Shown here: positions 60,395 through 64,000 of the stretch, piece by piece
How positions within the stretch are numbered: the stretch's first letter is position 1
Layout: each line of letters begins with the position of its first letter
NCBI GenBank assembly: GCA_965204745.1
Contig: OZ242010.1
Location: 4,736,001-4,800,000 of the forward strand
Source of the DNA: Candidatus Latescibacterota bacterium
GTDB taxonomy: Bacteria; Latescibacterota; UBA2968
Direction of reading: 5' to 3'
DNA: 64,000 bases
The notes under the pieces: model-generated
What the model was told of the DNA's origin: nothing
The model's database searches: none
What the model saw: only the letters and a program-made list of their open reading frames with translations
Translations under genes and position numbers: made by a program

Positions 60395-61066
60395 ATGACA
60401 AAACGATGGATGGTCGGTTTATTATTTTTCGGGTATATGGCCGCGCAACAGGTCTTTGCGGAAACTGCGTTGGGGTTGCCGGTTGAAGGCGTGCAGACCA
60501 TTGTGTTGAGCAATCGGGTCGGCAAAAACCAGATTCAGTTTGTGAGCACGGCACCGATGGAAGAGATTCACGGCACAGCGGCGGGGATTTCCGGCGCATT
60601 AAAACTGAATCCGGCACAGGTGGAAGCGATGTCCGGGAAGATCGAGGTGCGAGTTGCGAGCATGGAAACGGGCATAGAAAGGCGCGACGAGCATTTGCAC
60701 GGCGCGGACTGGCTGGATGCAAAACAATTTCCGGCCATTGCGTTTGAAATTGCGGGCCTGAAAGATGTTGACGTACAGACCGACAAAGCCAAGGCGACCA
60801 TTCGAGGAATGGCAATGGGCACGTTTTCCCTGCACGGCGTAGCGCGGGAAATGGAAATTCCGGTTGAAGCCACGTACTTGTTGGCGTCGGATCAAACCGC
60901 GAAACGGGCACCGGGGGATTTTTTTGTCATCAAGGGGACGTTTCAGATTGCGTTGAAGGATTTTGATATCGCAGGGGCACGCGGGCTGGTGGGCAGTCGG
61001 GTCGGGACGGAGATCCACTTAAAGGCGAACTTTTTTGGTTCAACAGTCGCGGGGGAGAACGAGTAA
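60395..61066 (+). CDS. YceI family protein
   Basis: Signal peptide; TGIERRDEHL...WLDAKQFPAI.F and SLHGV. Confidence 0.85.
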   Translation: MTKRWMVGLLFFGYMAAQQVFAETALGLPVEGVQTIVLSNRVGKNQIQFVSTAPMEEIHGTAAGISGALKLNPAQVEAMSGKIEVRVASMETGIERRDEHLHGADWLDAKQFPAIAFEIAGLKDVDVQTDKAKATIRGMAMGTFSLHGVAREMEIPVEATYLLASDQTAKRAPGDFFVIKGTFQIALKDFDIAGARGLVGSRVGTEIHLKANFFGSTVAGENE

Positions 61067-61530
61067 TGAATCAGATGGGTATGGAAAAGATCCAGGACGC
61101 GGAAAGAAGGGCATTTTTGACGCAGACCCTCGCGCTCGTGGGCGGGTGCATGTGCGCTGGCTGGATTGCGGGTTGTGAAACCGATGTGTTGAAATCGTCC
61201 GATGTGGCCGAGCGGTTTGACGTGTCGAGCGAACCCGCGTTGTCAGAGGTGGGCGGCGCAGTCAAACGCATTTTTGAGGGTCAGGACAACCCCGTGATCA
61301 TCATCCGCTTGTCAGAAGAATCGTTTTTGGTTTTGAGTTCCCTGTGTACCCATCAAGCCTGTGAGGTGAATTTGCCGGGCGAGGGCGATCCGCAAATTTG
61401 GTGCCCGTGTCACGGCGCGTTATTTGACAGAACAACGGGCGCGGTTCTGCGGGGGCCGGCAACAGCACCCTTGCCGCGATTCGAGAACACGTATAACAAA
61501 GGGACGCAACTCTTGACGATTCAGTTTTAG
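61066..61530 (+). CDS. Rieske (2Fe-2S) protein
   Basis: RRAFL twin-Arg motif; CTHQAC, CPCHG and GPA..PL. Confidence 0.9.
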   Translation: MNQMGMEKIQDAERRAFLTQTLALVGGCMCAGWIAGCETDVLKSSDVAERFDVSSEPALSEVGGAVKRIFEGQDNPVIIIRLSEESFLVLSSLCTHQACEVNLPGEGDPQIWCPCHGALFDRTTGAVLRGPATAPLPRFENTYNKGTQLLTIQF

Positions 61531-61710
61531 GCATCCCCTTAGAATACACGACAAAAGGCAGTGGTCAGTAGTCAGTCCCCGCCCTGCCCAACCCCTTCGG
61601 TGAGACGTAAGACGGGAGAGGCAAGAAACAGGTGCCAATCGGCCAGGGGTCAGGGGTCAGTAGTCAGTCCCTACCCAACCCCTCAACCGTTGCGAACTTC
61701 GATGTTCAAT

Positions 61711-61748
61711 AAAAAAGCCGATCCGTAGATGATTTGGATCGGCTTTTC
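61711..61748. terminator. Bidirectional terminator between convergent genes
   Basis: AAAAGCCGATCC...GGATCGGCTTTT. Confidence 0.75.
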
Positions 61749-61771
61749 GTTTGGGCAAGGGGCACGTCGCG

Positions 61772-62662
61772 CTACATCAATTTTTTTCGTTTGGCGAGAT
61801 AATTAAAAAGGGCCGTGTCAAAGGATTCGGAGGTTTCGAGGAGCACGTAGTCGATGAGGGCCTCGCGGCATTCGCGCCGAAACCGGTCGATGAGGGCTTC
61901 CATGTGATCCCGATACGCAGGCGCGAGATGCCATGGCTCGGTGGCGATTTGCGCGCCGGACTCGAGATCCACAAAGCGCGTCTCGCGGTCAAAATTGAGA
62001 TCGCGTTCTCGCGGGTCGAGCACATGAAAAACGATCACCTCGTGGTTGCGATGGCGAAAGTGCTTCAGGCCAGTGAGCAAGCGATCTGGATCGTCAAAAA
62101 GATCGGAGATGACCACAACGAGGCCGCGCCGAACAATGCGCTCGGCCAAGTCGTGAAACGCAGCGGCGAGGTCCGTATCCGCGCCTTCGGGACGGGTAGT
62201 TTGAAGCGCGGTCAGCAAGGCGTGCAAATGACTCGCGACAGAGCGGGGCGGCAAATACGTGCGGATCTGATCGTCAAACGCGATCAACCCAACCGCATCG
62301 CGCTGCCGCAACATGAGATGGGCAAGGGCCGCCGCGACATACGATGCGTATTGGAACTTCGCAATCGACCCCGAGCCATAGGCCATAGACGCGCTGGCGT
62401 CGATGAGGAGATGGGATTTGAGATTGGTCTCCTCCTCGTATTGTTTCACATAGAGCCGGTCGGTTTTGCCAAACACCTTCCAATCCAAATCGCGTAGCGA
62501 ATCCCCCGGCATGTATTGTCGGTATTCCGAAAACTCGACCGAAAACCCGTGATAAGGGCTTTGGTGCAACCCGGTGATAAATCCCTCCACCACCATCCGC
62601 GCAATCAAATCGAGCCGCGACAACCGCGAAACGACTTCCGGGTTTAGATATTCTTTCGTCAT
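61772..62662 (-). CDS. DUF58 domain protein (MoxR-associated)
   Basis: GLHQSPYHGFSVEFSEYRQY.PGD..R.LDWK, YVKQYEEET, DASASM and VISD. Confidence 0.92.
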   Translation of the reverse strand: MTKEYLNPEVVSRLSRLDLIARMVVEGFITGLHQSPYHGFSVEFSEYRQYMPGDSLRDLDWKVFGKTDRLYVKQYEEETNLKSHLLIDASASMAYGSGSIAKFQYASYVAAALAHLMLRQRDAVGLIAFDDQIRTYLPPRSVASHLHALLTALQTTRPEGADTDLAAAFHDLAERIVRRGLVVVISDLFDDPDRLLTGLKHFRHRNHEVIVFHVLDPRERDLNFDRETRFVDLESGAQIATEPWHLAPAYRDHMEALIDRFRRECREALIDYVLLETSESFDTALFNYLAKRKKLM

Positions 62663-62673
62663 GATGAGACCGC

Positions 62674-62886
62674 TTAGCAATAAAGTTTTCCTTCTTTTTG
62701 CAATTCTGCGCGTATTTCAGCGTATTCCCGAAAGCTAGTAGCCGTTTCAACCGCCCTATCCAAATCCAAGGCGTCTTCTAAATCCTGAAGCCGTTGCATC
62801 AGGGCGCGATAATCCTTCATGGACAGAACGGTTGCTGTTTTCCGCCCCTTTTCATCGACGACGTATTTCGGCTTGATATCGAGCAT
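62674..62886 (-). CDS. Small antitoxin-like protein
   Basis: KYVVDEKGRKTATVL..DY..LM..L.DLED pattern; AGGAGG RBS. Confidence 0.6.
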   Translation of the reverse strand: MLDIKPKYVVDEKGRKTATVLSMKDYRALMQRLQDLEDALDLDRAVETATSFREYAEIRAELQKEGKLYC

Positions 62887-63027
62887 CTTCGGCCTCCTTG
62901 TATCTTAGGGCGAGCACGGGGGCGTCGCCCCTACACATATCGCTCACCTTTTGTGCCTTTTGTGCCTTTGAACTGGCTATCGCCAGTTGTACCCCGCTCG
63001 TGGCTAAAATCCCATCTTACTCGCTGT

Positions 63028-64000
63028 TCACCATCCCGCCGCGTGGAACAACCAGCCTGCAACCGCGCCGCCGATCACCAGCCACACCGCGCCTACGCCG
63101 CGCCACAATCCCAAAATCGCCGCGCCGATTGCGATGATTATCTTGGGCAAGCCTTCTAGCGTCAAGGAATCAAACACCTGAAAATAGGCCAGTTCTATGG
63201 TCACAGCGGCCATCACCCCCACGGCACACACATTGACCGCGTCTAAAAAAGACGCCACCCATTGGGATTCGCGCAGTCGGGGCAACACCGGATTTAGGGC
63301 CGCCACAAACGCGAACGACGGCAAAAAAATCGCGCCGGCCGCAACGAGTGCCCACGACAACTTGCCCCCGCTGACCAGATACCCGATGAACGCCGCCGTG
63401 GATAACACCGGGCCGGGCGTAAATTGACCGATGGCAATGGCCTCCAGCAGTTGTTCTTGCGTCAGCCACGCATAGCCATGCACGAGTTCTTCTTCCAAAA
63501 ACGCGATGAGCACATAGCCACTGCCGTAGAGAATCGCGCCAATTTTCAGAAAAAACAACCCCAGTGCCCACAGGGTCGGCGCGCCCACCAAAGCCCCTTG
63601 ACTCGCCAGCATCGACACGCCCGTACCCGCCACTGGCACCGCGATCACCGCCATGTGTCCTCGGTCGTTTGACTGCGTCATTCGCAACCAGAACATCCCT
63701 ATGATCCCCCCGCCGATGAGGGCGAGCACCCCGCTAAAATCCGTGAGGGCCACCAGCGTCACCGCCACGCCCAAAAAGCTCATGCGCCACCCCTTGACAG
63801 CCTTTTGCCCCAACCGCCACAGCGCGCCCAAAATAACGGCCAAGACCGCGGGCTTAATGCCGTAAAGCAAATCCGCAACCTGCGGGATCGCGCCATACGT
63901 CATATACGCCCAGGCGAGCAGGGTCGTCAAAGAAACAGCGGGGACGATAAAACACGCGCCGGCCAGCAACAACCCCGGCCAACCGCCGCGCAAGAACCCC
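63028..64000 (-). CDS. chrA: Chromate efflux transporter (5' end outside the window)
   Basis: FLKIGAILYGSGYVL, AIGQFTPGPV and AIFLPSF. Confidence 0.9.
   Translation of the reverse strand, partial: GFLRGGWPGLLLAGACFIVPAVSLTTLLAWAYMTYGAIPQVADLLYGIKPAVLAVILGALWRLGQKAVKGWRMSFLGVAVTLVALTDFSGVLALIGGGIIGMFWLRMTQSNDRGHMAVIAVPVAGTGVSMLASQGALVGAPTLWALGLFFLKIGAILYGSGYVLIAFLEEELVHGYAWLTQEQLLEAIAIGQFTPGPVLSTAAFIGYLVSGGKLSWALVAAGAIFLPSFAFVAALNPVLPRLRESQWVASFLDAVNVCAVGVMAAVTIELAYFQVFDSLTLEGLPKIIIAIGAAILGLWRGVGAVWLVIGGAVAGWLFHAAGW

Overview
Bacterial genomic DNA with GC-rich core genes. The content (three sulfatases, two DUF6785-like membrane proteins, a GWxTD-like TPR protein, a TonB receptor / C-terminal-domain protein / PorV-like cluster) suggests an FCB-group organism such as Latescibacterota or Gemmatimonadota; this is inference. 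Metabolic genes are interspersed with dense intergenic repeats: GTAG-type REPs, large hairpin arrays, 7-mer tracts and an IS5-like MITE. There are two defence-like islands. (1) About 4.9-11.8 kb: a four-gene operon (PAPS-reductase/AANH-like Fe-S protein, SF2 helicase, MORC/GHKL ATPase, PLD nuclease) with its own promoter and terminator, bracketed by 128-bp direct repeats. Beside it lie a frameshifted HsdR_N gene and a deleted second copy of part of the operon. (2) About 19.3-32.1 kb: a HEPN-DUF499 ATPase and a DUF1156 methylase separated by cargo. The cargo includes a NYN nuclease gene whose upstream region holds three tandem, divergently oriented promoter-hairpin-terminator units that look like covarying ~65-nt small RNAs. 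An apparently intact IS110 (IS621-like) element at 45.7-47.0 kb has bridge-RNA guide segments that match its own ends and its insertion site, a host heptamer repeat. All family assignments come from motif recognition, not database searches.
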